From Trichosphaerium sp. ATCC 40318 (lineage: Eukaryota; Protista; Tubulinea): a stretch of DNA of 64,000 bases. Every line of letters starts with the position of its first letter. The first letter of the stretch is position 1. A program made the position numbers and the translations under genes. The stretch is taken from the NCBI GenBank assembly GCA_038496445.1, contig JALMLS010000287.1, forward strand, positions 124,001 to 188,000, in the 5' to 3' direction. This document shows positions 12,016 to 23,390 of the stretch, piece after piece. The notes beneath the pieces are model-generated. The model made no database searches, had not been told where the DNA came from, and saw nothing but the letters and a program-made list of their open reading frames with translations.

Positions 12016-13275
12016 TCATACTCTAACTTTATATATTTTTGTTCTACAGCAAACATACAATATACTTTTCCAGTAATGCATTCCAGTTACTACACCTATT
12101 TTGGGCACTGTAGTGACTACAAACTTTGAAAGGATTTGAAATTTGTCTTTTGAAACTATTAGTTTGTAAATACCAGCCTTTTCAGTTACTCCTCTACCGC
12201 CAAGATAAATAGCACCAATTCTATCTGTTGCTAATCCATATATTTTCGCATGGTGTGTATATATCACTCTAGGTTCGCCATCAACTAGGCAACAAAGCTG
12301 GTCCGAAACAGTAAAGTACCTGTAAAACAATGTTAGTTTGTTTTTTCTTAAAACATTCTTAGTACACTGTTTTTGTTGTTGAGTCAAATATAATTCTCTG
12401 AAGTACACCAGAGAAACTAGAATCCACCTTGGCAATAATAGAAATCTTACCACTTGGTGACACCTTAAGAATCTTATTTGAAGGTGCATTACCAACAAGA
12501 ATATTTCCCGAATCGTCGATTGCAACCCCACTAGGTATGTAGAGAGTTTTGTCTTGCTCCAGAGGAGTACCAAGAATCGTTTTTATTTCTGAAAGGTCAC
12601 TACTAATCTCTCTTACTATACGATGCATTTTGACTGTTAATATAATACGACCATCTGCAGAAACAGCACAACAATCAGGAAAAGCAAAAGCTAAACAAAC
12701 AGTTAAGTTCTAACTATTCAGTCACGTGCTAGGATATGACATGTACCTGCACGTTTAAGGGAACCATCTTCGATGCTTCCTTTCCTACGTTCATTATTGA
12801 GTAAACGCTTTGATGACCCATCAACAAGCCATAAACTCTCGTCCATCTGATCTACTACAACCACCTAAACAATCCTTCTTTTAGTTGCACGTGCGTGATA
12901 TTTTTATATCTAACCTGTCCTGTTGATAAAACTGCACAGCTAGAAGCCCATTTGAATTTACAAGGAAGTTGTTTAACAACACAGTAGCGGTTTTCGTCCT
13001 ATTGAAGAAAAAACGGTTGATTAGCTTTGTTTTGTTTTCCCTACGCGTGCGTGGGCATTCAACACCCTTTGGTGAACTTATTGCGTACTCTGCAAGGTGG
13101 AACGATCTTATGTATGGCATTTCCAGCTGACGACGTAATACCAAAGGCAGCAATGTCGTACAAGCACAATTTCGATAATATTTCTACCATTATCTCTGGA
13201 GGGAAGCTGTCAAAGCTTAAACTGTAGTGAAATGTTAGTAACAATACGACTGGAATTTTGATACCCTGACGACAT
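12016..13275 (-). CDS. F-box + NHL-like beta-propeller protein
   Basis: F-box SFDSFPPEIMVEILSKLCLYDI; NHL-like FAFPDCCAVSADGRI, LYIPSGVAIDDSGNILVGNAPSNKILKVSPSGKIS and IYGLATDRIGAIYLG. Confidence 0.75.
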
Positions 13276-13409
13276 GTTTATAGAGTTTTGGCACTAAATA
13301 ACGAGCGGTTTTGCTTCAATGAATACAAACCAAGGCTATCTTGCTTAAAGCCACTTTAAAACCGACAATCTTGTATTCTCATGGCTAACGGCTGGCCGCT
13401 CAGTGTAAA

Positions 13410-15613
13410 ATGGCTGCTGTAGCGGTTGTGCGTACCAATCAAAGTAATATCTCCAAAAATTCAGTTCTTGTCAGCTTATAAACAACTACTAGAGGCTTTG
13501 ATCTCGCACAGGCGACATTTCGAAAAAGCAGCTCAAAAGTTAGGTGTTTATTCCCTAGACGGCTGGTATACCGTAAGTGGTAATGACATAGCGACAGCAG
13601 TAGGAGTTAGCATTTTATCAGCAGCGTATGAGCGTAGTATTATCACCCTTATCTTATGTGCTCCAGGTACAATCGATCGGTATATAGAGCTGTAAATACC
13701 GTATTTCCTGAGTTTAAATGGTCAGCTACCAAATTCAGGTTGAATTAGCTACTATACGTCGTCTTACTTATTTTCTACGCGCAGAAATGCCCCACACGAC
13801 CTTGAAAACAAGACTCCTAATTACAGAAATGAACTCGATTGTGCGGGTCAAAAACTCAATGTAAAGCATTTAGATCAGTGGTACTCTATATCTAGTAGAG
13901 ATTTAAAGGATATTGGCTTTAGTTCCATACTCACATCGTAAGCATTGTTGATTTTAAGAAAATGGATTTCTAACGTCCAAACAAGACATGAAGGATCTCT
14001 TCTAAAGGCGCTATGCGCTAACTACAGCAATGTAGAATGGCTACCACATCTTTTCAAGTACGTAGAGCAACGTAACTTTATTAACTTTCGCTGACTTTCT
14101 TCCTTTTACACAGTGTTGTACCACCAGGTCACTGGAAGAATCTAGACAATCAACAAGATAGATTTAATGATATAGCAGAGAAGCTTGAATATAAGTGTCT
14201 TGATGATTGGTACACAGTAAGCCGAAAAGATCTATGTAATCTTGGAGGAGCTAGTATCTTAACTCACCAGTAAGAAAAAAAAAGGAAACCAAGTTGAAAT
14301 CTAACATCTTTCAAAAGGTACAATCATTCTATCCTGGAGGCTCTCAAAAGCATTTATCCGCATAACAATTGGGAAGCTAATCAATTTCAGTACGCAACCG
14401 CACTTATCATGGTAGTACTAACTACTTTCCAAGGCATCTTACATGGATGGAACAAGACCGACTAGAACTTGATGTTTACGGAGAAAAGCTCAACATCAAG
14501 TGTTTACAAGACTGGATTGATATAGTATCACGCTCTAGTAGAGTTAATGGAAGTGTACTTTCCATGGCTTCAAGGTAAACTATTTATTAGGTTAGAGATA
14601 AAGCATTAACGGGTCTTTAAGGCACAGGGGAATGTCACGAATGTTGCGAGTGTTGTACCAACGTTATGATTGGTGTTTTAAATCTACTTCAATGTATCAC
14701 TCTCCTAGAGGATACTGGAATAATAAATCTGTTCGTATAAGTTTCTTGAAGAGAGCTGCAAGCTTATTGGCAATAAGAAAACCAGAGGATTGGTAAGTCA
14801 ACAGTTTTCCGCGAAACTGTTTTATGCACCAATAAACGGTCTCCTAACTCTATTCAGGTATGATGTGTCAAGAGAACAACTCCAAAATATGGGCGGTTCA
14901 GGAATACTCAAGCATTTTCCAAGCTCCTTAACGTTGATTGAGCCGTTTTTTAAGTGGGACTTGACGAAGTTTAAGGATTCCAAAAAAGCGAACCAAAGGT
15001 ACGATATTGTTAACATTGTTTTTAACCTCACTCTAGGTTATTGCTTCAATATGTTCGTAAAGTATTCCCAGGACATAGAATACTATCAGAACATTTAATA
15101 GGAATGGCTAGTGCCACAAATGGACCACTTTCTGTCGATATTTTTGTTCCCGACTTCAACTTGGCCTTTGAATACCAAGGTTCGAAAAATAAACCTACCA
15201 TGATTCTTTGGTACTTTTTAACTATGGTAATAGGAGAACAACATTATAATGATGGTGTATTCATGGAAGGCATTAATACTTCTATAAGAGGAATAAGAGA
15301 TGCAGAAAAACTTCAACAATGTGCTGACATTGGTAATCCAAATATAAACAAAATTGTTTACTCATCTTTAATTTACTAATATTCACAAGGTGTGACATTG
15401 ATAGCAGTTCCATACTGGTGGAAGAAATCCATGGCAAGTTTGACGTCACTTATTAAAGATGCTACAGTCCATAGATCAAAGGAAGTTAGCAGACGCTGCA
15501 ACGATTATAACTGGCTACCATACTGCTCTGATCGTTTAGGCAAGAATATGGTTTTGTACTGTATTTATTTACTACTTTGCAGGTTTAATGGCGCCAAAGC
15601 AAGCTTTGGCTAA
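13410..15613 (+). CDS. Tandem ~70-80 aa repeat protein with a C-terminal PD-(D/E)XK-like (Vsr/DUF559/RAP-like) nuclease domain
   Basis: Five repeats with consensus KLxxxxLDDWYxVSxxDLxxxGGxSILxxYxxSxxxALxxxYPxxxWxxxxF..PxGYW; C-terminal SVDIFVPDFNLAFEYQGEQHY..RDAEKLQQCADIGVTLIAVPYWW. Start and final exon are uncertain. Confidence 0.8.
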
Positions 15614-17715
15614 CACTTAAGATACTCTAAACGAAATGCCTATTGTACATAACATGTAAAAATAAATGTGTTAAAATGAATAACAGTTATGGGAAGAGGC
15701 AAATCTTTATTTATTAACAAGATGCACTATCACATTTGAACAAATTGACTTCAGAACAAGTACCAGGCGCACGCACTTAAAACCAAAAGTTAGTACTTAC
15801 AAGCGCAAATTATCAATCTAGGTTAGTGCACCAGTAACAGGGCATGGCTTGTTGTTCATTTGAAAAAGTTGACTGAATACTTGAAGTCAAAAGCTGGTTT
15901 ACCTTTCTAAAACAAGTGTCAAACTTGTAGACAGAGTTTGTTGAGAAAAAAACCAGAAAATACAGGTGCTGTAGTGTTCACATACGTAAGCTTCACAACT
16001 AGTGAATGTATTGTTAGTAGCTGCTTCATAAGACGAGGCGCGCTTTCTTGTAAAGCACGTGCCAGTGTTCTCCTACGTTTTATTCATTAGTTTGAAGCTA
16101 ATAGCCGGCATTCATGAACACTGTAAAACAGCATTTGGTGCACTTTAGCTCAAAAGAGGAAATCAGGTGGCTCATAGCAATGATGTTGACCCTACGCGTG
16201 GTATTTTTACAGCGCAGCTGCGTGATTTACCAACAACGACCAAAACAAGCTCCATGCTAGGCATAGAACCGTGGTTCCTGCGTTGGTAAAAAACCGCCTA
16301 AACACCAGTTTGACTGTTGCACGTCTAGGGAAAGAATATTCGTTTCATAGCATTCTTCTAGCTAAATGGGAGCAGGGTTTGATCTATAAGGTAGCCCAAG
16401 CGTGAAAGCTCATCAGATAGAAGCAAAGGTGCTTCATGAAAGCAAGTGTAGATAGATTCAATAAACAGACGTATTTCAGCAATCATTATTAACACTTGAC
16501 TTCAATAAGTACAATCGATTTTATAGGACTTCGCTGCCTGAAGTTCGCTTGAATGTCGACTACTTTTTACACGAAACGCAACTCCAGTTAAGTATATTAG
16601 AGTGTGGGAACTACCTTCCTTTCCCGCTTTACAACAGGTTCAAAGGTAACCTGGTCGTGTGAAAACATCAGGATGGTCAGCAAGCAGTTTTTCCTTTTTG
16701 ATTTGGTTTGCTAGACCAAGATTTACGTTTTGTTGTGCCCACCCAAGGAACTAAATTCAAGACTTTGTCACCGTAGTAACAAAGATGGGAGGAAATAGGC
16801 AATATGAATTTAGCATGTTTTATAATTACGAACTATGTTGTGTAGTATCAATTCAGAAAGAAGTAGTCTGAGAAGAATCAAAGTTAAATAGAAGTGGTTG
16901 TTCATGTTATAATACGAAGCATTTAAAAAAAACCACAAAAAGTATCTAGCAAGTTTTATTGCTAGCCTATAGACGCCGGCGAGCGTATTGGCTTAAAAAC
17001 TGAAAGAACAATGACCTTGTGAACATACCCAACTAGGTACCAAAATCGTGCACTTGCTGAGCTGTGCGCAACTCTGGCACCAAGGTTGCTAGTACGAACT
17101 TAGTCGCTAGAAGCATACCCGAAGTACAAAACTGCAACGGTAAATGGTACACGGTGGATGATTAGAACGTACATAAAGGAGTTGATTTTTAAACAAAAGG
17201 AAGACCCCACGTGTTGCTACTTATTGCACAAACAACACAGTAGAATAAAGACATCAACTGAGTTTTTGGGGTTGTGTTTTGAGGTCAACCTGTTTTTTTA
17301 AGTAGAACGCGTCTTCGAGAAAACTAATTGCTTAATGGATACACAAAAACCTAACCACTTTTAAAAAAAGCGCAAGGTGCATGTAACCATATTTGAGCTA
17401 AAATGGATTGATTCCTAGTAGGAGTTACGAAACCGAGAAAAAACCCGAAAGATGACGAAAATAAACCTTTGAACAATAGAACTAGTTTTAAAACCCAACA
17501 ATCTAATGCGACGGTACTGGTTATTGTACCTACGCCTTTCTCATGAGAAGAGTAATGTGGAACGCTAGTGTCAATTTCCGTGAAGACCCATTTAAGACCA
17601 AACGTTGACTTTTTTGTTGCTGTAGAAAAAACCCAGCAGGCGAATTTGTTAGTTGAAGCATAAAAATAGCGGACGCTTATAACCAACAGCACCTTATTTA
17701 ATCAACAACTAAAAA

Positions 17716-19663
17716 ATGGGTTCAGGAACTGTCCTATGCGTATCTATTCCTGCCGCAGTCACAGCGGCTTGTTTTTTCTTCTTTTGGTACATGCCTGTAC
17801 AATTCGTAGTCATGTACGCACAGAAACTCGTCTAAATAACAGTTTTAATCAATATGGGGTCGTAGCCCAAAAATACGATTAAATTATCGTTTTCGTTCTT
17901 TTGCGCCTTATGTACTATAGATCACCAGAAATTCGTTTAAATACAGTATTTGAAGCAGCGGAGTGCAGATTATTAGATGTGAAGGTAGAACCTTACCGTT
18001 GTTGCAGAAAAACCTCTTGTAGTTGCTCTGAATCGTAAGAGATAAATTCTTGAACTCATTGGTTCTAATCCTTTTCGTGCTTAGATTTGGCACTCCGTCT
18101 TGCAGTCTGCTCCTAAACGTACGAAAACAACCTCATCCATGGGTTTTTTAGCTTCTATAACCTATTATCTCTTTTTCTGGAAGTAAAATACGCAAGACAG
18201 CATTTTCGGATTTAGAGTTAATTTTGGTTTCTTACACTCTTTTGTAGCTTCTTCAAGAAGGTAGTTGTGGTGATGGGTATAGATGCTGTAGACAGTGTTG
18301 TTCGACATGTTGCACAGGAAGTGGGAGCAGCAGAAGCTGTATGTTAGACGTGTTTGTTTAGAAATCAAAAAAAACAAAACGATTTGTCTATTTCTATGTA
18401 CTTTTGCTCACGTTCTTATAGGTAGAAGCTGTAACTGTCGGTGTTGCAGTAGTGTATCCAATGAAGCTTGCCAAGTCATTTGCGGCACGTGCCATGATGT
18501 CACAAGAACAGTAAGCTTACTTGGGTTTTTTTTTTTGAGTATACTTTTTGTAATTCTAATTTTTGTTTAGTACGAGTATACTTGTTTGGAAACAAACAAC
18601 ACCTGTTGTTCTGTCGGAAAAGGCGCTTACACAGAATTCAAGGGTTTTGGTTTGAACGACTTTGGTGGTATGGCTAAATACAGAGATGAAAAACAGGTAC
18701 AATCCCGTTTGTGTCGTCAAATTCTAGTCATTTTGTGTGTGGTTCTTGTTCTTTCTGACATGTGTTGTTAGGTAAACCGCACAGAAAGCTGTTGGTATGA
18801 TCCTGATAAGTGCAGCGAAGTGTCATTCTTTAAAGGTATACGTTGTTTCTTATGTTTGCTTTTATAGCCTTTTATCATCATTTTTTGCTGACTTACTAAC
18901 TAGGTTTGACTCCATGGAAATGGGGAATTGTTATCGCTCCTATTTGTGTTGTTATTGTTTCACTTATGATAGCTACTTTGGCTCCATGTGGGTTATGTGG
19001 CAGCTCTGGTGTACGTCTAAATTTTTAACAACGTTTGAGGTTTTTGTTTTTGAGAATTTTTTGTGGTCTTACTCTTTATCTTAGATGATTGGCGTAGGCT
19101 TTGGTACTGCCGTATGGTGTGCCTTTATTATTCCTCTCATAATCTTTGTGCCTATAATCACTGTGGGTCACGAAGAGATTGTTAGCGAAGATATTGGTAA
19201 CAACCTCACCATTGCAGCATTTTTCTTTGCTGGTATTGGTGTCAGTATCGGATATATTACAGCATTTTATCTCATCGCATCCGGCGTATTTAGTCTTAAG
19301 TTTGACCTACCGCTGTTGGTCGTTACGGGATTGAGTTGCTTTTTGATTTGCTTTATGCCTGTAAGCGTATTTATGCCTATCGCTGTTGTACGTTCATCAG
19401 GTATTTGGTGGATTGTTGCAGCAATATTTGCTTCCATTGGAGCAACAATTGTTGGTGGTTATGTTGTATACAAGAACTACCAAAGCGGTGGTAGCATCTT
19501 GCCTTCTTTCTCTTCTGGAGGCACAAGTAACAGGGTTAATACAGTTGATATGGCTACTGCTGGACATGAAGTGAACACCGGAGGAGAAAACAACTTTGAA
19601 GTGTCTACTACTTCTTCGAGTGTCTCTGATGATATAGGAGCAGATGATTCGCCGTACGCTTAA
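17716..19663 (+). CDS. Cysteine-rich extracellular domain + multi-pass membrane protein of unknown function
   Basis: N-terminal hydrophobic MGSGTVLCVSIPAAVTAACFFFFW; exons CGDGYRCCRQCCSTCC, CNCRCCSSVSNEACQVICGTC, CWYDPDKC; then about 5 TM segments (last exon 19085-19663). Confidence 0.7.
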
Positions 19664-19913
19664 GGGTGCATTATCGACAGCTTACAAATTACAACCATGA
19701 ATGGCATGTATACAGCTGAGGTGATTGCAAAAAATAATAAATTATTGTTAGAATTCTATCATTTGCGGTTATCTTGTCTTTGCAGTTCCAATACCAAATT
19801 TCGAAGCTAAGTAGAGCGTTAAATTGGCAAAAACTACAAACTGGAACCAGTAAACAATCTTCCAATTTGGTTAACTACTGATAGACCTTTAACTCAACCT
19901 TGAACAATCACGT

Positions 19914-22900
19914 TTATTTATTTTCGTTATCCATAAAATATGCTTTAATTTTTGCTTTCTTTGCTCGTCCTATACTAACACTAGTTGTATCGGATGCATA
20001 TTCCGAAACGGATCGCTTGAAATCTGCAACAGCCGCTGAAAAATCAAAGGCCTAGGCAATAGCCATTAATCACGTGTCTAGTTTTAACATTGACATGTTC
20101 TTTGTACCTTTGTGTTCTTACTTTTGAGTACACCGTACAAGTACATACAACCCTCAGGAAACCTCGGATTTGGGTGTTTTAGTTGCTTGTAATATGCACA
20201 TACTTCAACACCACTATCAGTAACCTTTTAATATGTTAGACTCATGTTGTGAACTCATGACACCAAAGAACTCTTAAAACTTACTCGCTTTAAGAACACA
20301 GGCAGCGCTTGATTAATCTGATGCCGCCAAGACATCATTTCAAGCTTTGTAAGAGCACTAATAGTAACGTGTATATACCCATCATATCTAAGAGAAAGAA
20401 TAACATTAGACACAAAACTTCTTAGTTGTGCACATTGTATGAAATAGATCATCTTGTTGAAACAAGTACTTCGCAGATTGCTTCATATTCAGTCCGGCTT
20501 GTAACGCCATACGGGAACTTTCTATGTTACGTGCGATAACACTAAGATTAGATGATGTCACAGATGCTGTTAAATTTATATACGGCTTGTATGCAGTCGA
20601 AACACACATTGATTCTTTTTTTTTGTTGATCTTGTAAAAAGTCTTATTTGGTGATGATATTTGAACTGGTGATGCACGCCAATTCTATGGCACGACTCAG
20701 TTAGTATGGGCAATGGTTTAGTTTTTCCTCTTACCACTTTGTTGTAGAAAGCAAAGAACCACCGTAGTAATGATAATGAATCATTGAAGGTGGAGAACTC
20801 TTGAGCTGCAACTACCAACATGACAACCAAACTATCATCTAAAAAACAAACTTCAGCAACCAACACGAAGATTTTTAAGCTTTTCCCAAATGTGCATGAT
20901 ATAGCAACAGGAATCCATGGTACTCACCAGATAAATACCCCATGTCACTTCCTGAAATGCCTCTCTCTACGAAATAAAAAAAATTAGTATTCAGTTTTTT
21001 GTTGACTTGCATCAAGTGATGCAAATTGCGAACACGTACGTCTTGCCCAATACATTAATAGTGTTGCTGTGGTTTTGTATATATTATATTTTGATTTAAT
21101 GATCTTATTAATAAGTAATCCATGACAGAACTTGTTTAAGTGTTGAACAGAAGCAACATCAAGACTTCTTTTTTCAACTGGCATCAAAGTGAAAGACATA
21201 TTTTCTTCTCCTATCCTCTTCACTATATCAGACGTACCAAACGCGTAGTCAAGTCTAATACAAGTATCATATTTATCTAATTCAACAACCAAGACTGGTA
21301 TATTCGTGAATAAGACCTGTGGAGGATTGAAGTTAGTTACAGTGTTTTCTTTAAACCTGTACCTTTTTGATTGTTAAGTTGTCATCACTTTTAATTGCAG
21401 CAATACACTGCTTGTAAAAAGTCGCTTTTGGAAGAACTCCCACAATAAGTATAGATATCTGCATATCCCTATGTAACATGAGGTACATATTATAAAAGAT
21501 AGACATACACAATAGGTTCATCACCAGCGAAGCATCCGACTTGTTTGACTTCATGTGACTAAGAACGAAAGAATCAGTTTGTTTGCGTTTTGTTGTTGTG
21601 TGCCTCTGCTCCAAATATCTATTGTTGAGGTAAGTACTAACCTCCTTGTATTGAATACATACGTTTGTTACCAAAGTTTTAATGTATTGGTATGCCTGTT
21701 GTCGTTGTTGCTTTGTTTTCTCTGAAGCAATAAACCCTTCCAAAAAAGGAAGTGTTTCAGAAATATTGCTAGTATTGGGTTGTGCCTCTACAAGTGTTTC
21801 TGCAACTTTAACTTGTACCTATTTATAACGTCATCTTTTGTTCTTGATTTTGTACAAGGCACCTCGGAGACTACAAAGTCTGCAGCTAGACCAAAATGAT
21901 CAGACGGATAAAGGTCTTCAACCCTGCCATATTTCTCAGTATCAACTGTTCTACTCTCTGTCCCAATCATCTCCATCTTCTCCGATTTCCACCATGAACA
22001 CCTATTCGTTTAATATTAGCTTATTCTTACTCATGAGATGCAACGGTACCGAGCATACAGCCTATCTAGCCTAATCATGTGTTAGAATAGAACAACTTCT
22101 TCCATTTTGGTGTACCTGCTTCTGTTCTTTGCAACTCGCTTTCTATCTGGGTCTGGATGTAGAAAATGTCCCATTGTATACCCTTCATCACCTGGTCTGA
22201 CAGCAGGCCAACAATCTATGAATTTTTCTTGTGTGATGGCAGAAGATTCTCCTTTATTTCTATCTGAGAAATTAAAGTCACCCATCATAATACAGTCTTC
22301 TAAAAAAAAACCTGTCTTAAAACTCGAGTTACCGCAACTTTACTTACTGTCTCTTGGAACAAAATCGAATATAATGTTCACTTGGTATACTCTCCGTTGT
22401 GTCTAAACAAAGCATAGTTAGTACATATTGGTGTATGTAAAACGTGTACTGGATCTGCAAACTCCTTGTTTTTTTTATTCGATGATGTCAAATGAACCTT
22501 AAAGCACGTGTTAGTACTGAGTTTTTTTGCATTGAGTGTACATACTACAGGTACCCATAGCTCCTTTTTATTGATATTAAACTTTCCTACTATAGTTCTC
22601 TTGTGTCCAGAGTACTTGTGACTGTAAACGTCAAAGGGAATCTTACTTAGTAACACTTGTGTAAATTCTTGAACTGTTTCAAGCTCTGTGCGGAATTAAG
22701 TGCTGAAATTGATAGTTTTCACGCGTACCTGATATGTAGTAATGCTCTTGTACCCACTTTGAACGCAATAGCATTATTAGAAGGGTTTGTGTCACTTCTT
22801 GAAGCCCAATAATATCTAATGCGCTGAACAAGCGTTTAAAAGCTCTATTGGCGTACCTGCATCGCTTGATTGTAAAATGCTTAGAACCCATGGATACCGT

Positions 22901-23139
22901 ACTTCAGCACCCAATGTATCATCTAGCACGCATTATAATGGATTTAAAGAATATTACGTACTAAACAGATCAAAAAGCACGTTGTACGTCACAACGCGGA
23001 TTTTAGGTAACTCGGCGCTCAGTGAATGCCCCTCTACGTTATTGTTAAAAAATGAATCTACAATGCGAGTATTACCTTCTATTTCTACCCACTTGGCGTC
23101 ATCACTATTGTACTTACATGAGCGCACTCTAGAAAACAT
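19914..23139 (-). CDS. EEP (TDP2-like) phosphodiesterase fused to a poly(A)-polymerase-like domain
   Basis: EEP motifs RVVTYNVL, DIIGLQEVT, VHL, MGDFN, DCW, PSDHFGL. PAP-like central domain TATLLMYWARR..GISGSDMGYL and TAYKPYINLTASVTSS. Start is uncertain (frame open to 23277). Confidence 0.8.
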
Positions 23140-23390
23140 TTGTACTGTGTTTTGGAGCGTTGATAATGTCCAACGATTATCTGAACGCAATCGTAAGTTT
23201 TTCGCATTGTTTCCACAGTAACATAAGACCAACAGGCGTAAACAAGCCGATAGCTTATTATAGACATTGTAAGGCACGTATAAAGTACATCAGAAAGAAC
23301 CACAATTTTTTTTCACGTGATTTTGAAAAAGCTGTTCAGAGTTGACTAGTTAAAGACTGTAAACGTAAGGTTTCAGTATATTTGCGCGAG

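Noticed and set aside
17351-17692. 113-aa minus-strand ORF and similar short or antisense ORFs in the track (e.g. 3485-3892, 30610-30945, 39908-40102)
   Set aside because: Non-ATG starts, antisense shadows of real exons, or intron read-through with poly-Phe/Lys; not supported as genes.
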